DNA of 64,000 nt from Bacteroidales bacterium (GCA_019429365.1 JAHYJD010000008.1:948-64947), one strand, 5' to 3'. Shown: positions 49,281 through 61,620, counted from the stretch's first letter. The notes: generated from the letters alone by a model not told the origin. Program-made: numbers and translations.

Positions 49281-52200
49281 TTGGCAGCAAATATCAAAAC
49301 CGTCGAAAGGGTAAATTTCTCCTCTGTAACAACCCACTTTGAGTACCCCGATTTTCTCGAGGTCCAGCTGAAGTCCTTCCAGGACTTTTTCCAGCTAGAG
49401 ACAACCCCCGAAAATCGTAAGAATGAGGGTCTCTTTAAGGTGTTCAGCGAGAACTTCCCCATTTCCGACGCCCGAAACAATTTTGTTCTTGAATTCTTAG
49501 ATTATTTTATTGACCCCCCGAAATATTCCATACAGGAGTGTATCGAACGCGGACTTACCTACAGCGTGCCCCTGAAGGCAAAGCTGAAGTTGTATTGCAC
49601 CGACCCCGAACACGAAGACTTCGAAACCATTATTCAGGATGTTTACCTGGGAATGATTCCGTACATGACCCCAAGGGGTACCTTCGTGATCAACGGTGCC
49701 GAGCGAGTGGTGGTGTCGCAGTTGCACCGTTCACCCGGTGTGTTTTTTGGTACCAGCCTGCATGCCAACGGTACACAGCTCTATAGCGCCAGGATTATCC
49801 CATTTAAAGGATCCTGGATTGAGTTCGCAACAGACATTAACAGCGTAATGTACGCTTATATCGACAGGAAAAAGAAATTGCCTGTCACCACACTGCTCCG
49901 CGCCATTGGCTATGAAAGCGACAAGGATATTCTTGAAATCTTTGATCTTGCCGATGAAGTGAAAGTGAGCAAAACAGGCCTCAAGAAATTTGTCGGACGC
50001 AAGCTTGCTGCACGTGTGCTGCGTTCGTGGGTCGAAGACTTTGTCGATGAAGATACCGGTGAAGTGGTTTCCATCGAACGCAACGAAGTGGTCATCGACC
50101 GCGAAACCATTCTCGAAAACGAACATATAGACCAGATTGTTGAGTCAGGTGCAAAAACCATTATCCTTCATAAGGAAGATGTGAACCTCAACGACTATGC
50201 CCTGATTTACAACACCCTGCAAAAAGATACTACCAACTCTGAAAAGGATGCCGTAGAGTTTATCTACCGCCTGCTTCGAAATGCCGACCCGCCCGATGAT
50301 GAAACTGCGCGCGGAATGATAGAGAAGCTTTTCTTCTCCGACAAGCGTTACGACCTGGGCGATGTGGGCCGCTACCGCATCAACAAGAAGCTCAACCTCG
50401 ATACCGACATGAACCTGAGGGTGCTTACCAAAGAAGATATCATCTCTATTGTGAAATATCTTATTAAACTGGTAAACGCCAAGGAAGATGTGGATGATAT
50501 CGACCACCTTAGCAACCGCCGTGTGCGGACCGTGGGAGAACAACTCTATGCCCAGTTTGGCGTAGGTTTAGCCCGCATGGCACGCACCATTCGCGAGCGT
50601 ATGAACGTTCGCGATAACGAGGTGTTTGCTCCCACCGATTTGATCAATGCCAAGACCCTGTCGTCGGTAATCAATTCGTTCTTTGGTACCAATCAGCTTT
50701 CGCAGTTTATGGACCAAACCAACCCCCTGGCCGAGCTTACGCACAAGCGCAGGATGTCGGCACTGGGCCCTGGCGGTCTTTCGCGCGAAAGAGCGGGTTT
50801 TGAAGTGCGCGACGTTCACTTTACCCACTACGGGAGGCTTTGCACCATCGAAACGCCCGAAGGACCCAATATTGGTCTTATTTCTTCGCTTTGCGTTTAT
50901 GCCAAAGTCAACGAGCTGGGTTTCATTGAAACACCCTACTTCGAAGTGAAACAAGGCAAGGTTGATTTCAAAGTCGAGCCTATTTATCTCTCGGCAGAAG
51001 AGGAAGAAAACAAAATCATCAGCCAGGCCAATGTGCCCATGAAAAAAGATGGTCATTTTGCCGAAGAGGTGGTAAAAGTGCGATTCATGGCCGACTATCC
51101 CATTGTGGAGCCTGAAAAAATCGACCTGATGGACGTTGGGCCCAACCAGATCGCTTCCATTGCCGCTTCGCTTATCCCATTTCTCGAGCACGACGATGCC
51201 AACCGTGCCCTTATGGGAAGTAACATGATGCGACAGGCCGTGCCCTTGCTCAGCCCCGAAGCTCCCATTGTGGGTACGGGCCTTGAGAAAAAAGTGGCCA
51301 CCGACTCACGCGTGCTCATCAATGCCGAAGGCGATGGGCTGGTTGAGTATGTCGATGCCGAAGAAATCATTATCCGTTATTCGAGAAACGACGATGAGAA
51401 ACTTGTCAGTTTCGAAGACGATGTAAGGGTATACAAACTCATCAAGTTTGCCAAAACCAACCAGAGCACCTGCATTAACCTTCGGCCAATCGTTCGCAAG
51501 GGGCAGAAAGTGACCAAAGGTCAGTTGCTTTGCGAAGGCTATGCCACCAAAGATGGAGAGCTGGCACTGGGACGTAACCTGAAGGTAGCCTTCATGCCTT
51601 GGAAGGGTTACAACTTCGAAGATGCCATTGTGATATCTGAAAAGGTGGTGAAGGAAGACATCTTTACCTCCATTCATATTGAAGAATTCTCGCTCGACGT
51701 TAGAGATACTAAACGCGGTGTGGAAGAGCTTACCAGCGACATTCCCAACGTAAGCGCCGAAGCCATCAAAGACCTGGATGAAAATGGGCTGATACGCATT
51801 GGCGCGGAGGTTAACGAAGGCGACATTCTCATTGGAAAGATTACTCCCAAGGGAGAAACCGACCCCACACCTGAGGAGAAGCTTTTGCGCGCCATATTTG
51901 GCGACAAAGCAGGCGACGTGAAGGATGCTTCCCTTAAAGCGCCACCCTCAACAAAGGGTGTAGTGGTCGACAAGAAGCTCTTTTCGCGCGTTTTCAAAGA
52001 TAGAAAAGCAAAAACCAAGGAAAAGATCATCCTCGAAAAACTCGACGATGAATTCAATGCCGAGGTGGCCGACCTTCGCGCCAAGCTGGTCGATAAGCTC
52101 ATCATTCTTGTTAGCGGAAAAACTTCGCAGGGCGTTATGAATAGCCTGAAAGAGGTGGTTGTAGCCAAGGGTACCAAGTTTACCCAGAAAATTCTGCACA

Positions 52201-53093
52201 ACCTCGATTACGCCAACATTAACCCCAATAACTGGACTACCGATCGCGACCGCAACCTGCTTATCAAGGAATTGTTGCACAACTATTCCATCAAGTTTAA
52301 GGATATTCTGGGTGCTTACAACCGCAAGAAGTTCACTTCTACCGTTGGCGATGAGTTGCCGGCAGGTATCGTTCAGTTAGCCAAGATTTACCTTGCCAAG
52401 AAGCGCAAGCTCAAGGTGGGTGATAAAATGGCAGGTCGCCACGGTAACAAGGGTATTGTAGCCCGTATCGTTCGCGAAGAAGATATGCCATTTTTGGAAG
52501 ATGGTTCGCCGGTTGACATCGTGCTCAACCCCCTGGGCGTACCCTCCCGTATGAACCTCGGTCAGATATACGAAACCGTTCTTGGTTGGGCCGGTCAGAA
52601 ACTGGGAAAGAAATTCTCCAGTCCGATTTTCGATGGTGCTACCATCGACGAAATCAACGAGTATATGCGTAATGCCGGATTGCCCGAAAATGGTAAGGTT
52701 TACCTCTACGATGGCGGCACCGGACAGCGCTTTGACCAGCCGGCTACCGTAGGCGTAATTTACATGCTGAAACTCGGCCACATGGTCGACGACAAGATGC
52801 ACGCCAGATCTATCGGGCCATACTCGCTCATTACTCAACAGCCCCTTGGCGGTAAAGCACAGTTTGGTGGTCAGCGTTTTGGTGAGATGGAAGTCTGGGC
52901 ACTCGAAGCATTTGGTGCTGCCAACATCCTGCAGGAGATTCTTACCGTGAAATCTGACGACGTAATTGGCCGTGCAAAGGCATACGAAGCCATTGTTAAA
53001 GGCGAAAACATGCCCACTCCCGGTGTTCCGGAATCATTCAACGTATTGGTTCACGAACTCAGGGGTCTGGGTCTGAATATCAAATTTGACTAG
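49281..53093 (+). CDS. rpoB: DNA-directed RNA polymerase subunit beta
   Basis: Start is uncertain. There is no in-frame ATG before the conserved [19 protein letters not shown]. The TTG at 49281 gives 1270 aa; the track uses the TTG at 49224. Confidence 0.95.
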   Translation: MAANIKTVERVNFSSVTTHFEYPDFLEVQLKSFQDFFQLETTPENRKNEGLFKVFSENFPISDARNNFVLEFLDYFIDPPKYSIQECIERGLTYSVPLKAKLKLYCTDPEHEDFETIIQDVYLGMIPYMTPRGTFVINGAERVVVSQLHRSPGVFFGTSLHANGTQLYSARIIPFKGSWIEFATDINSVMYAYIDRKKKLPVTTLLRAIGYESDKDILEIFDLADEVKVSKTGLKKFVGRKLAARVLRSWVEDFVDEDTGEVVSIERNEVVIDRETILENEHIDQIVESGAKTIILHKEDVNLNDYALIYNTLQKDTTNSEKDAVEFIYRLLRNADPPDDETARGMIEKLFFSDKRYDLGDVGRYRINKKLNLDTDMNLRVLTKEDIISIVKYLIKLVNAKEDVDDIDHLSNRRVRTVGEQLYAQFGVGLARMARTIRERMNVRDNEVFAPTDLINAKTLSSVINSFFGTNQLSQFMDQTNPLAELTHKRRMSALGPGGLSRERAGFEVRDVHFTHYGRLCTIETPEGPNIGLISSLCVYAKVNELGFIETPYFEVKQGKVDFKVEPIYLSAEEEENKIISQANVPMKKDGHFAEEVVKVRFMADYPIVEPEKIDLMDVGPNQIASIAASLIPFLEHDDANRALMGSNMMRQAVPLLSPEAPIVGTGLEKKVATDSRVLINAEGDGLVEYVDAEEIIIRYSRNDDEKLVSFEDDVRVYKLIKFAKTNQSTCINLRPIVRKGQKVTKGQLLCEGYATKDGELALGRNLKVAFMPWKGYNFEDAIVISEKVVKEDIFTSIHIEEFSLDVRDTKRGVEELTSDIPNVSAEAIKDLDENGLIRIGAEVNEGDILIGKITPKGETDPTPEEKLLRAIFGDKAGDVKDASLKAPPSTKGVVVDKKLFSRVFKDRKAKTKEKIILEKLDDEFNAEVADLRAKLVDKLIILVSGKTSQGVMNSLKEVVVAKGTKFTQKILHNLDYANINPNNWTTDRDRNLLIKELLHNYSIKFKDILGAYNRKKFTSTVGDELPAGIVQLAKIYLAKKRKLKVGDKMAGRHGNKGIVARIVREEDMPFLEDGSPVDIVLNPLGVPSRMNLGQIYETVLGWAGQKLGKKFSSPIFDGATIDEINEYMRNAGLPENGKVYLYDGGTGQRFDQPATVGVIYMLKLGHMVDDKMHARSIGPYSLITQQPLGGKAQFGGQRFGEMEVWALEAFGAANILQEILTVKSDDVIGRAKAYEAIVKGENMPTPGVPESFNVLVHELRGLGLNIKFD

Positions 53094-53216
53094 AACCATT
53101 ATTCTGCCTGTAGCTAAAACCTGCAAGCAGAATATTTCATTAGCATCGTGTTTTGTCTGCTAATTGCTGCTAACGACTAAAATGTTTATTACACTTCCTT
53201 AACAATATCAACCTAT

Positions 53217-56200
53217 ATGGCTTTCAGAAAAGAAACCAACGTTAAAAGCAATTTTTCCCAGATCACCATCAGCCTGGCCTCGCCCGAGTCTGTATTGGAA
53301 CGTTCGCACGGGGAAGTGCTTAAGCCGGAAACTATCAACTACCGTACCTATAAGCCCGAACGCGACGGACTGTTTTGCGAAAGGATCTTTGGGCCGGTAA
53401 AGGATTGGGAATGCCATTGCGGAAAATACAAGCGTATCCGTTACAAAGGAATCGTTTGCGACCGCTGCGGTGTTGAAGTGACTGAGAAGAAGGTTCGTCG
53501 CGAAAGGATGGGCCACATTAAACTGGTAGTGCCCGTGGCACACATCTGGTTCTTCCGTTCGCTTCCCAATAAAATTGGCTACCTGCTTGGATTGCCCTCA
53601 AAAAAACTCGACCAGATCATTTATTACGAAAGGTATGTGGTCGTTAATCCCGGTATCAAGGCCGATGAGCTTAACTTCCTCGATTTCCTTACAGAAGAAG
53701 AGTATTTCAATATCCTGGAGTCGCTTCCGCGCGAAAACCAGATCCTTGAAGACGACGATCCCAATAAATTCGTGGCCAGGATGGGCGCCGAAGCGTTGAA
53801 AGATATTTTACACCGCCTCGACCTCGACCAATTGTCGTACGACCTTCGCCACAAGGCCAATACCGAAACCTCGCAGCAGCGTAAGGCTGATGCCCTCAAG
53901 AGGCTGCAGGTGGTTGAAGCCTTTCGCGAATCGCAAAAAACCATTGAGAACAAGCCCGAATGGATGATCGTGGATGTGGTTCCCGTTATTCCCCCGGAGC
54001 TTCGCCCCCTCGTGCCACTCGATGGCGGCCGGTTTGCCACCAGCGACCTGAACGACCTCTACCGTCGCGTAATCATTCGCAACAACCGCCTGAAGCGTCT
54101 CATCGAAATCAAGGCACCTGATGTAATTTTGCGTAATGAGAAGCGTATGCTTCAGGAAGCTGTGGATTCGCTGTTTGACAACTCGCGCAAGACCAACGCA
54201 GTAAAGACCGAGTCGAATCGTCCGCTTAAGTCGCTCAGCGACAGCCTCAAGGGTAAGCAGGGACGTTTCCGTCAGAACCTTTTGGGTAAAAGGGTCGACT
54301 ATTCGGCCCGTTCGGTTATTGTGGTTGGTCCTGAGCTGAAGCTTCACGAATGCGGTCTTCCCAAAGAAATGGCCTCCGAGCTTTTCAAGCCTTTCATTAT
54401 TCGTAAGATGCTCGAAAGGGGTATCGTCAAGACGGTGAAGTCGGCCAAAAAGATCGTTGACCGTAAGGATCCCGTTGTATGGGATATCCTGGAAAATGTA
54501 TTGAAGGGGCACCCGGTGCTTCTTAACCGTGCGCCTACGCTTCACCGCTTGGGTATTCAGGCTTTTCAGCCCAAACTGATCGAGGGGAAAGCTATTCAGC
54601 TGCACCCGCTGGTTTGTACCGCTTTCAACGCCGACTTCGATGGTGACCAGATGGCCGTTCACGTGCCCCTGGGCAATGCTGCCATTCTTGAAGCACAGCT
54701 TCTGATGCTGGCTTCGCACAATATCCTTAACCCTGCCAACGGGGCACCCATTGCCGTCCCTTCGCAGGACATGGTTCTTGGCCTTTATTACATGACCAAG
54801 GCCCGCAAGAGTACTCCCGAACATCCTGTTAAAGGAGAAGGACTGACATTTTATGGTCCGGAGGAAGTAATTATAGCGCACAACGAAGGTGCTGCCGATC
54901 TGCACGCCATCATTAAGGTTCGCGTTCCCGTAAGGGAAAACGGACAACTGGTGGAACACCTCATCGAAACCACCGTAGGCCGCGTGCTGTTTAACCAGGT
55001 GATTCCCAAAGAGTATGGCTTTATCAACCAGCTGCTTACCAAAAAAGCACTGCGCGATATCATTGGCGCCATCATGAAAGTGACCGGTATTTCCCAAACC
55101 TCGCAGTTTCTCGATGATATCAAAGACCTTGGGTTTACCATGGCATTCAAAGGTGGTTTGTCATTCAACCTGGGCGATATCCTTGTTCCGGAAGAAAAAC
55201 AGATCCTTATTGATCAGGCCAACGAACAGGTTGATGAAGTGCGTGCCAACTACAGCATGGGCTTTATCACCAACAACGAACGTTATAACCAGATCATCGA
55301 TATCTGGACACACACCAACGCCAAGCTTACCAAGGTGCTGATCGAAAAGACCACTGCCGACAACCAGGGTTTCAACCCGGTGTATATGATGCTCGACTCC
55401 GGTGCAAGGGGCTCAAAAGAGCAGATTCGTCAGCTCTCGGGTATGAGGGGTCTTATGGCCAAGCCACAGAAATCGGGCGCCAAAGGTGGTGAAATTATTG
55501 AAAACCCCATTCTTTCCAACTTTAAGGAAGGTCTGTCGGTTCTCGAGTACTTTATCTCCACCCACGGTGCACGTAAAGGTCTGGCCGATACTGCCCTTAA
55601 AACGGCCGATGCCGGTTATCTTACCCGACGTCTGGTCGACGTTTCTCAGGACGTGATTGTAACCGAGCCCGATTGCGGAACCCTTCGCGGTTTAACCGCC
55701 ACTGCACTCAAAAACAACGAGGAAACAGTTGAGCCTTTATTCGACCGTATCCTGGGCCGTACAACCCTGCACGATATCTATCACCCAACCACTGCTGAAC
55801 TTATTGTTAAAGCAGGGGAGGAATTAACCGAGGAGATATCCAGGATTATTGAAGATTCACCCATTGAAGCGGTAGAAATTCGTTCGGTACTTACCTGTGA
55901 GTCGAAACATGGTGTTTGTGCTAAATGCTACGGCCGCAACCTGGCCACCGGACGTATGGTTCAGAAAGGCGAAGCTATTGGCGTTATCGCAGCCCAGTCT
56001 ATCGGTGAACCCGGTACTCAGCTTACACTTCGTACCTTCCACGTGGGTGGTGTTGCAGCTGGCCTTGCCACTGCCTCTAAAATAAACGCCAAGTATGGCG
56101 GTCTCCTTGAGATCGACGAACTCCGCAGCGTACCGTTTACCAATGCTGAAGGGAAATCCTACCACGTGGTTATTGGTCGTTCGGCAGAGATGCGCATTGT

Positions 56201-57512
56201 GGACAAGAGCACCCGCATGGTGCTTACCAGCCAGAATATACCCTACGGTGCCAGCCTGTATTTCGAGGCTGGACAGGAAGTGGAAAGCGGCGACCTGATT
56301 TGCGAGTGGGATCCCTACAACGCCGTGATTATTTCCGATATGAGTGGTAAAGTGGTGTTCAACCAAATGCAGGAAGGCGTTACTTACCGTACCGATTCTG
56401 ACGAACAGACGGGTTACTACGAAAAAGTGATCGTCGAAAGCAAGGACAGAACAAGGAACCCTTCCATTAGTATTGTTGATAAGGATGGCGAAATTCTTCG
56501 CACTTACGACATGCCCGTGGGAGCTCACATTGTTGTGTCTGAAAATCAGGAGATTGTAGCTGGTAAAACGGTAGCTAAGATTCCCAGGGCCGTTGGTAAA
56601 TCTGGTGACATCACTGGTGGTCTGCCAAGGATCACCGAACTGTTCGAAGCCCGTAACCCAAGCGATCCGGCTGTGGTTTCTGAAATCGATGGTGTAGTTT
56701 CGTTTGGCAAGAAGATCAAGCGCGGTAACCGCGAGGTGGTTATTACTTCCAAAACCGGCGATGAGAAGCGTTACCTTATTCCGCTTTCGAAGCAGATCCT
56801 TGCCCAGGAAAATGACTTTGTGAAAGCCGGCACGCCCATGTCTGATGGCCCGATCACCCCGGCCGATATCCTTGCTATTAAAGGCCCCACCGCCGTGCAG
56901 GAGTATATCGTGAATGAGGTGCAGGAAGTATATCGCATGCAGGGTGTGAAGATCAACGACAAGCACTTCGAAGTAATTGTTCGCCAGATGATGCGCAAGG
57001 TAACCATTGACGATCCGGGCGATACCCGCTTCCTCGAAAACGAGATCGTGAACAAGATCGAGTTTATGGAAGAGAACGACAACAATTTCGGCAAGAAGGT
57101 GGTTGAAGATCCGGGTGACTCTGTTCTCAGACCTGGTCAGATTATCACTGCCCGTAAGCTGCGCGACGAAAACTCGCTGCTCAAGCGTAAGGACAAGGCC
57201 ATTGTTGTTGCCCGCGATGCCAGAGGTGCTACGGCACGTCAGCAGCTGCAGGGTATTACCAAAGCTTCACTCCAGACCAAGAGCTTTATCTCGGCTGCTT
57301 CCTTCCAGGAAACCACCAAGGTACTTACCGATGCGGCTGTTAATGCCAAAGTCGATAACCTGGCAGGCCTGAAGGAAAACGTGATCGTTGGTCACCTGAT
57401 CCCAGCCGGTACCGGTCTCAGGGAGTACGAAAACATCATTGTTGGATCAATGGAAGAGTACAACCTGTTGATGGCCTCCAAGCGAAAAGTTGAAGAAGTA
57501 GAAGAAGATTAA
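53217..57512 (+). CDS. rpoC: DNA-directed RNA polymerase subunit beta'
   Basis: Zn-finger CHCGKYK..CDRCG, catalytic NADFDGDQM, 1431 aa. Confidence 0.98.
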   Translation: MAFRKETNVKSNFSQITISLASPESVLERSHGEVLKPETINYRTYKPERDGLFCERIFGPVKDWECHCGKYKRIRYKGIVCDRCGVEVTEKKVRRERMGHIKLVVPVAHIWFFRSLPNKIGYLLGLPSKKLDQIIYYERYVVVNPGIKADELNFLDFLTEEEYFNILESLPRENQILEDDDPNKFVARMGAEALKDILHRLDLDQLSYDLRHKANTETSQQRKADALKRLQVVEAFRESQKTIENKPEWMIVDVVPVIPPELRPLVPLDGGRFATSDLNDLYRRVIIRNNRLKRLIEIKAPDVILRNEKRMLQEAVDSLFDNSRKTNAVKTESNRPLKSLSDSLKGKQGRFRQNLLGKRVDYSARSVIVVGPELKLHECGLPKEMASELFKPFIIRKMLERGIVKTVKSAKKIVDRKDPVVWDILENVLKGHPVLLNRAPTLHRLGIQAFQPKLIEGKAIQLHPLVCTAFNADFDGDQMAVHVPLGNAAILEAQLLMLASHNILNPANGAPIAVPSQDMVLGLYYMTKARKSTPEHPVKGEGLTFYGPEEVIIAHNEGAADLHAIIKVRVPVRENGQLVEHLIETTVGRVLFNQVIPKEYGFINQLLTKKALRDIIGAIMKVTGISQTSQFLDDIKDLGFTMAFKGGLSFNLGDILVPEEKQILIDQANEQVDEVRANYSMGFITNNERYNQIIDIWTHTNAKLTKVLIEKTTADNQGFNPVYMMLDSGARGSKEQIRQLSGMRGLMAKPQKSGAKGGEIIENPILSNFKEGLSVLEYFISTHGARKGLADTALKTADAGYLTRRLVDVSQDVIVTEPDCGTLRGLTATALKNNEETVEPLFDRILGRTTLHDIYHPTTAELIVKAGEELTEEISRIIEDSPIEAVEIRSVLTCESKHGVCAKCYGRNLATGRMVQKGEAIGVIAAQSIGEPGTQLTLRTFHVGGVAAGLATASKINAKYGGLLEIDELRSVPFTNAEGKSYHVVIGRSAEMRIVDKSTRMVLTSQNIPYGASLYFEAGQEVESGDLICEWDPYNAVIISDMSGKVVFNQMQEGVTYRTDSDEQTGYYEKVIVESKDRTRNPSISIVDKDGEILRTYDMPVGAHIVVSENQEIVAGKTVAKIPRAVGKSGDITGGLPRITELFEARNPSDPAVVSEIDGVVSFGKKIKRGNREVVITSKTGDEKRYLIPLSKQILAQENDFVKAGTPMSDGPITPADILAIKGPTAVQEYIVNEVQEVYRMQGVKINDKHFEVIVRQMMRKVTIDDPGDTRFLENEIVNKIEFMEENDNNFGKKVVEDPGDSVLRPGQIITARKLRDENSLLKRKDKAIVVARDARGATARQQLQGITKASLQTKSFISAASFQETTKVLTDAAVNAKVDNLAGLKENVIVGHLIPAGTGLREYENIIVGSMEEYNLLMASKRKVEEVEED

Positions 57513-57541
57513 TTTATTCACCATAAAAAGAAAGGCAAGTC

Positions 57542-57856
57542 ATGTCTGAACAAAAAAAACCCGAAAACCAGATCAATATTGAGTTGGGCGAGGATGTAGC
57601 GGAAGGAATCTATTCTAACCTGGCCATAATTACCCATTCGCACACTGAGTTTGTGGTCGATTTCGTCAGATTGATGCCTGGCGTTCCCAAAGCCAAAGTG
57701 AAGTCGAGAATTGTGCTAACGCCCCAACATGCCAAAAGGCTTATGAAAGCCCTGAAGGAGAATATCGGGAAGTACGAAGCGGTTCATGGACCCATTAAGG
57801 ATGTGGAGGCCCCCAGCCTGCCAATGAATTTGGGTGGCCCCACTGCCCAGGCTTAA
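57542..57856 (+). CDS. DUF3467-family protein
   Basis: YSNLAIITHSHTEFVVDF pattern. A DUF3467 gene after rpoC is common in Bacteroidota (from memory). Confidence 0.7.
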   Translation: MSEQKKPENQINIELGEDVAEGIYSNLAIITHSHTEFVVDFVRLMPGVPKAKVKSRIVLTPQHAKRLMKALKENIGKYEAVHGPIKDVEAPSLPMNLGGPTAQA

Positions 57857-57859
57857 AAA

Positions 57860-57896
57860 ACTAAACCCGGAAGCAAATCGCTTCCGGGTTTTTTAT
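57860..57896. terminator. Bidirectional rho-independent terminator ending the rpoBC operon and the convergent lipoprotein gene
   Basis: CCCGGAAGC (57866-74) pairs with GCTTCCGGG (57880-88). An A-run lies before it and T6 after it. Confidence 0.8.
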
Positions 57897-58337
57897 TTAA
57901 AAGAATCGGAATGCCCGCAGCAAACCCTCTTCATTGTCTCCATACCATACCAGCAGGAACTGTCCCCGGACTTTTGCATCGTTCTTGACCTTCTCCCAGG
58001 TCTCTTCCATCTCCTTTTCTTCCCCATCATCTTTAAAGGTTACAAACCTTCTAACATAATCTTCCACCTGCTCGAGTGACTCCCTGGGGTCTTTGCCTTC
58101 TTTTACCTTAAATACAAAAGCTTTCAGGTTGGCGTCGTGATAAATAAGCAGGTCGTTCACGCCAATCAGGTTCAGCGCCATCTTTTCCAGGGTGCCGTTG
58201 GGCTGGCGGTATTCGCCTGAATATCCGGCCCGCTGCATCTTTTCCTTCAGTACATTCAAATTGCCCGGCTCGCGCTGGCAGGCAAGAAATCCTGCCAGCA
58301 TCAGGCTGAAAACGATCAGGGTTCTAAAAATCTTCAT
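57897..58337 (-). CDS. Hypothetical small lipoprotein (146 aa)
   Basis: The ATG at 58337 gives MKIFRTLIVFSLMLAGFLAC (lipobox). The track's longer N-terminus (MERDRSIVEKDRSIVEK...) is only translation of the 21-nt repeat array. Confidence 0.6.
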   Translation of the reverse strand: MKIFRTLIVFSLMLAGFLACQREPGNLNVLKEKMQRAGYSGEYRQPNGTLEKMALNLIGVNDLLIYHDANLKAFVFKVKEGKDPRESLEQVEDYVRRFVTFKDDGEEKEMEETWEKVKNDAKVRGQFLLVWYGDNEEGLLRAFRFF

Positions 58338-58384
58338 AAGAATTGTTTTTGCGAAGATAATGCAAAAGATTATTCTCGCAGTAG

Positions 58385-58502
58385 GGACAGGTCGCGACCT
58401 GTCCTTTTCCACAATTGACCTGTCCTTTTCCACAATTGACCTGTCCTTTTCCACAATCGACCTGTCCTTTTCCACAATTGACCTGTCCCTTTCCACACAA
58501 TC
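58385..58502. repeat. 20-bp perfect palindrome (GGACAGGTCGCGACCTGTCC, 58385-58404) leading into five head-to-tail 21-bp repeats (GACCTGTCCTTTTCCACAATT, 58396-58502)
   Basis: Copies at 58396-416, 58417-437, 58438-458 (1 substitution), 58459-479 and 58480-502 (degenerate, 2-nt insertion). The palindrome is an inverted copy of the GACCTGTCC core. Confidence 0.9.
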
Positions 58503-58515
58503 GCCCTGACCCTGA

Positions 58516-61452
58516 TCACCCCCTCGGGTCGGGCTTCATGGGCAGGCGGGCCATTTTTTCTACGGTTAATGATGGGAAACCGAACTCTTCAGTTATGGTG
58601 CCCAGCAGCAGGTATATGCCGCTTCCGCGGAAAGGCCAGGCTTTGGAAGCGCCGGGAAAGTGGACGGTGTCGAAGAAGTTGCCCTGCACATCCAGAAAGC
58701 AGCCGAAGTGCATCATTTCGCGCTTTACGGTGCGCACGTATTTGATGGTGACCAGCCAGCCCACCATGCGCACCTTGCGCCCCACCTGCTGCAGCATATC
58801 TGTGGCCATCATCTCGCCGCGGAAGCCGCTCTTTGCCAGGTCGAAGGGACTCATCGACACGGTGAAACCCAGCAGTTCCATTTCATCATAGGCATCCTGC
58901 ACGGGGTCGGTTTCCGGTTCAGGAAAGTGAAAGGCCTTTTCCTGCGCGGCAAACAGCATGGGGCCGGTGGTGGGTTTCTTACCAGTGAGCAGATGCGCCT
59001 TCCACATAAGCTGTGCCTTGGCAATGCCCGTAAACCGGAAAGCATTGACACGAATGAGCAGTATGAGCTGCTCCAGTCCGGCCCCGCTGCGGCGGGCAAA
59101 GTCTTCCAGGCCCAGGTAGGGCCCGCTGCCTTCGCGCTCGGCTGTGATGTGCTGCGCCAGCTTGTATTCCAGGTTCTGTATGTGCACAAAGCCAATGTAA
59201 ATATCACTTCCGTAAATGGTGGTGGTGTAGTTGCTGTGGTTTACGCAGGGCAGCTCGATATTGGCGCCATAGCGGCGGGCTTCGTTGAAATACACCGGGC
59301 TCTGGTAGAAGCCGCCAAAGTTGTTGATCACGGCGGTCATAAACTCGCGCGGATAATAGGCTTTCAGGTAAAGGCTCTGGTAGCTTTCCACGGCAAATGA
59401 AGCCGAGTGGGCTTTCGAAAAAGAGTATCCGGCAAAAGACTCAATCTGCCGCCACACTTCGCTGATGAGGCTTTCGGGATAGCCTTTGGCGCGGCAGTTT
59501 TCGAAAAAGCGGTCCACAATACGCTGCATTTCTTTTTTAGAGCGGTACTTGCCGCTCATGGCACGCCGCAGCACGTCGGCATCGGCCAGGTCGAGCCCGG
59601 CAAAGTGGTGGCATACCTTGATCACGTCTTCCTGATACACCATTACGCCGTAGGTTTCCTTCAGCTGCTGCTCCATAACCGGATGCAGATACTCAAAACC
59701 CTTGGGGTTGTGGAAGCGCTGAATGTATTCGCGCATCATGCCCGAGCGGGCCACCCCGGGGCGTATGATGGAGCTGGCGGCCACCAGGCTGATGTAGTTG
59801 TCGCAGCGCAGCTTCTTGAGCAGCCCGCGCATGGCGGGGCTCTCTACATAGAAGCAGCCGGTGGTCTCGCCCGAGCGAAGCAGCGCCTTCACCTTCTCAT
59901 CTTTTTTGAACATCTCCACCTGGTGCACATCCACGCTGATGCCGTAGTTTTGCCTTACAATCTGGGCGCACTCATTGATATGGCCGATGCCTCGCTGGCT
60001 CAGGATATCGATCTTCTCGAAGGCCAGCTCTTCGGCGGTGTACATGTCCCACTGCACGGTGGGCAGGCCCTTGGGCGGCATGTCGAAGGCTGAGTAGCAG
60101 TTGATAGGCTGCTCAGAGATGAGCACGCCCCCGGCATGGATGCTGCGCATATTGGGAAAGTCGGCCAGCTGTTCGGCCATTCGGAAGATGCGGGCGCCCA
60201 CGGCATCGGGCGTGCGGCGGGCTTCGTGGTTCGACACCAGCATGTCGATCTCGGCTTTGGGCAGGCCCAGCACCTTGCCCAGCTCACGTATCATGCTGCG
60301 GTCGCGAAAGGTGCTGATGGTGCCCAGCAGGGCGGTGTGCTCATGGCCGTAGCGCTTGAAGATGTAGTCGAGCACCTGGTCGCGCTCCTTCCACGAGTAG
60401 TCAATGTCGAAGTCGGGCGGGGTGGTGCGCTTGGGGTTGATAAAGCGCTCGAAGTAAAGGTCGAGCTCAATGGGGTCCACGTCGGTGATGCGCAGGCAGT
60501 AGGCCACGATGCTGTTGGCGCCGCTGCCGCGCCCCACATGGTAGAAGCCGCGCGACATGGAGTAGCGTATGATGTCCCAGGTAATGAGGAAGTAGGACGA
60601 GAAGCCCAGCTTGTCGATGATCTCCAGTTCGTGCTGCACTTGCCGCAGGGCTTCCTTGTTGCGCTTGCCGTAGCGGTATTCCAGCCCGTCCATAGCCAGC
60701 TTGGTAAGCAGGGCACGGTCATCGGCCGGATGGCCGGTAAAAGTCTTTTTGTTTTTGGGTGTGCGGAAGTCGAAGTCCATGTGGCACTGCTCCAGCAGCA
60801 TTTCTGCGTTGGTGATGAGCTGCGGGAAGCTTTGGTAGTGGCTGCGCAGGGCGGCAGGCGAAGGGAGGACTTCGCCGGGGTGGGCGGTATGTTTGCCGGT
60901 GAGGCGGCTCAGCACTATGTTGTGGTCGATGGCGCGCAGGTGGCGGTGCAGTTCAAATTCCCTTTCAGAAAGGAAGGTGATGGGATGCAGGGCCACGAGC
61001 TTCGCAGGGTGGTGGCGCAGGGGAGCGGTGGAGAGACGCGTGAGCTCCCAAGGGCGTATGCCGATATATTCGTTGTTGCCGGGGAACGACCCTGCGCCAC
61101 CCTCCCCGAAAGGGTAAATGACAAAAGTATGATCGCATACCGGAAAGCGTTCGGGCAGTGCTGTCCTGTCAATATTATGCTGGCTCAGGAATGCGTTGAT
61201 GCGGCGAAAGCCTTCGGGGTCGCGTGCCAGCACAATGTACAGCAGGCGGTCGCCCTTGCGAAACTCCATGCCTGCCACGGGTGCAATGCCCTGCTCACGG
61301 CACAGCTTTACGAAATCGGGCATGGCCGTAGCGTTGTTGATGTCGGTCAGCGCCATGCGTTTGATGCCCATCTCAGCGGCCCGTGTCACCAGGTCTTCGG
61401 GGCTTACGGTGCCGTAGCGCAGGCTGTAGTATGTGTGGCAGTTGATGAACAT
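58516..61452 (-). CDS. dnaE2: Error-prone DNA polymerase III alpha-like subunit (DnaE2-type), 978 aa
   Basis: N-terminal PHP domain (CHTYYSLRYGT), a pol III alpha core (FDIDYS catalytic-Asp region; GLLKMDFLG region replaced by KIDILSQRG) and a C-terminal OB-like region. Short length and linkage to a Y-family polymerase and an S24 repressor fit DnaE2. Confidence 0.85.
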   Translation of the reverse strand: MFINCHTYYSLRYGTVSPEDLVTRAAEMGIKRMALTDINNATAMPDFVKLCREQGIAPVAGMEFRKGDRLLYIVLARDPEGFRRINAFLSQHNIDRTALPERFPVCDHTFVIYPFGEGGAGSFPGNNEYIGIRPWELTRLSTAPLRHHPAKLVALHPITFLSEREFELHRHLRAIDHNIVLSRLTGKHTAHPGEVLPSPAALRSHYQSFPQLITNAEMLLEQCHMDFDFRTPKNKKTFTGHPADDRALLTKLAMDGLEYRYGKRNKEALRQVQHELEIIDKLGFSSYFLITWDIIRYSMSRGFYHVGRGSGANSIVAYCLRITDVDPIELDLYFERFINPKRTTPPDFDIDYSWKERDQVLDYIFKRYGHEHTALLGTISTFRDRSMIRELGKVLGLPKAEIDMLVSNHEARRTPDAVGARIFRMAEQLADFPNMRSIHAGGVLISEQPINCYSAFDMPPKGLPTVQWDMYTAEELAFEKIDILSQRGIGHINECAQIVRQNYGISVDVHQVEMFKKDEKVKALLRSGETTGCFYVESPAMRGLLKKLRCDNYISLVAASSIIRPGVARSGMMREYIQRFHNPKGFEYLHPVMEQQLKETYGVMVYQEDVIKVCHHFAGLDLADADVLRRAMSGKYRSKKEMQRIVDRFFENCRAKGYPESLISEVWRQIESFAGYSFSKAHSASFAVESYQSLYLKAYYPREFMTAVINNFGGFYQSPVYFNEARRYGANIELPCVNHSNYTTTIYGSDIYIGFVHIQNLEYKLAQHITAEREGSGPYLGLEDFARRSGAGLEQLILLIRVNAFRFTGIAKAQLMWKAHLLTGKKPTTGPMLFAAQEKAFHFPEPETDPVQDAYDEMELLGFTVSMSPFDLAKSGFRGEMMATDMLQQVGRKVRMVGWLVTIKYVRTVKREMMHFGCFLDVQGNFFDTVHFPGASKAWPFRGSGIYLLLGTITEEFGFPSLTVEKMARLPMKPDPRG

Positions 61453-61457
61453 TTTTT

Positions 61458-61491
61458 CGGATTACGCGGATTGTTACGGATTGCACGGATT
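61458..61491. repeat. Four phased CGGATT hexamers (AAUCCG on the dnaE2 mRNA strand) at 9-10-nt spacing, 6-40 nt upstream of the dnaE2 ATG
   Basis: CGGATT at 61458-63, 61467-72, 61477-82 and 61486-91. Confidence 0.85.
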
Positions 61492-61535
61492 TGGGAAGGG
61501 CACCCCTCGACTTCGCTCGGGGCAGGCAGGGAAAA

Positions 61536-61620
61536 GGAGGTAGCGGCAGGAGGTAGCGGCAGGAGGTAGCGGCAGGAGGTAGCGGCAGGAGGTAGCGGCA
61601 GGAGGTAGCAGCAGGAGGCA
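61536..61620. repeat. 13-nt tandem repeat GGAGGTAGCGGCA, 6 copies plus a partial 7th
   Basis: Copies start at 61536, 61549, 61562, 61575, 61588 and 61601 (variant), with a partial copy at 61614. The period is not a multiple of 3. Confidence 0.9.

Noticed and set aside
53808-56966. Long minus-strand ORFs (429 aa at 53808-55097 and 369 aa at 55857-56966)
   Set aside because: They lie entirely antisense to rpoC, whose identity is unambiguous. Their translations are low-complexity with no motifs, so they are frame artefacts.
58396-58502. Possible CRISPR array (regular 21-bp repeats)
   Set aside because: The repeats are directly head-to-tail with no spacers, the unit is shorter than CRISPR repeats, and there are no cas genes in the window. 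I treat it as a tandem/iteron-like array.
58338-58891. Repeat-encoded peptides: the MERDRSIVEKDRSIVEK... N-terminus of the 57897-58496 ORF, and the TCPFPQL-repeat ORF at 58415-58891
   Set aside because: Both are translations of the 21-nt DNA repeat. A good ATG plus lipoprotein signal exists downstream at 58337. The plus-strand ORF runs antisense into dnaE2.
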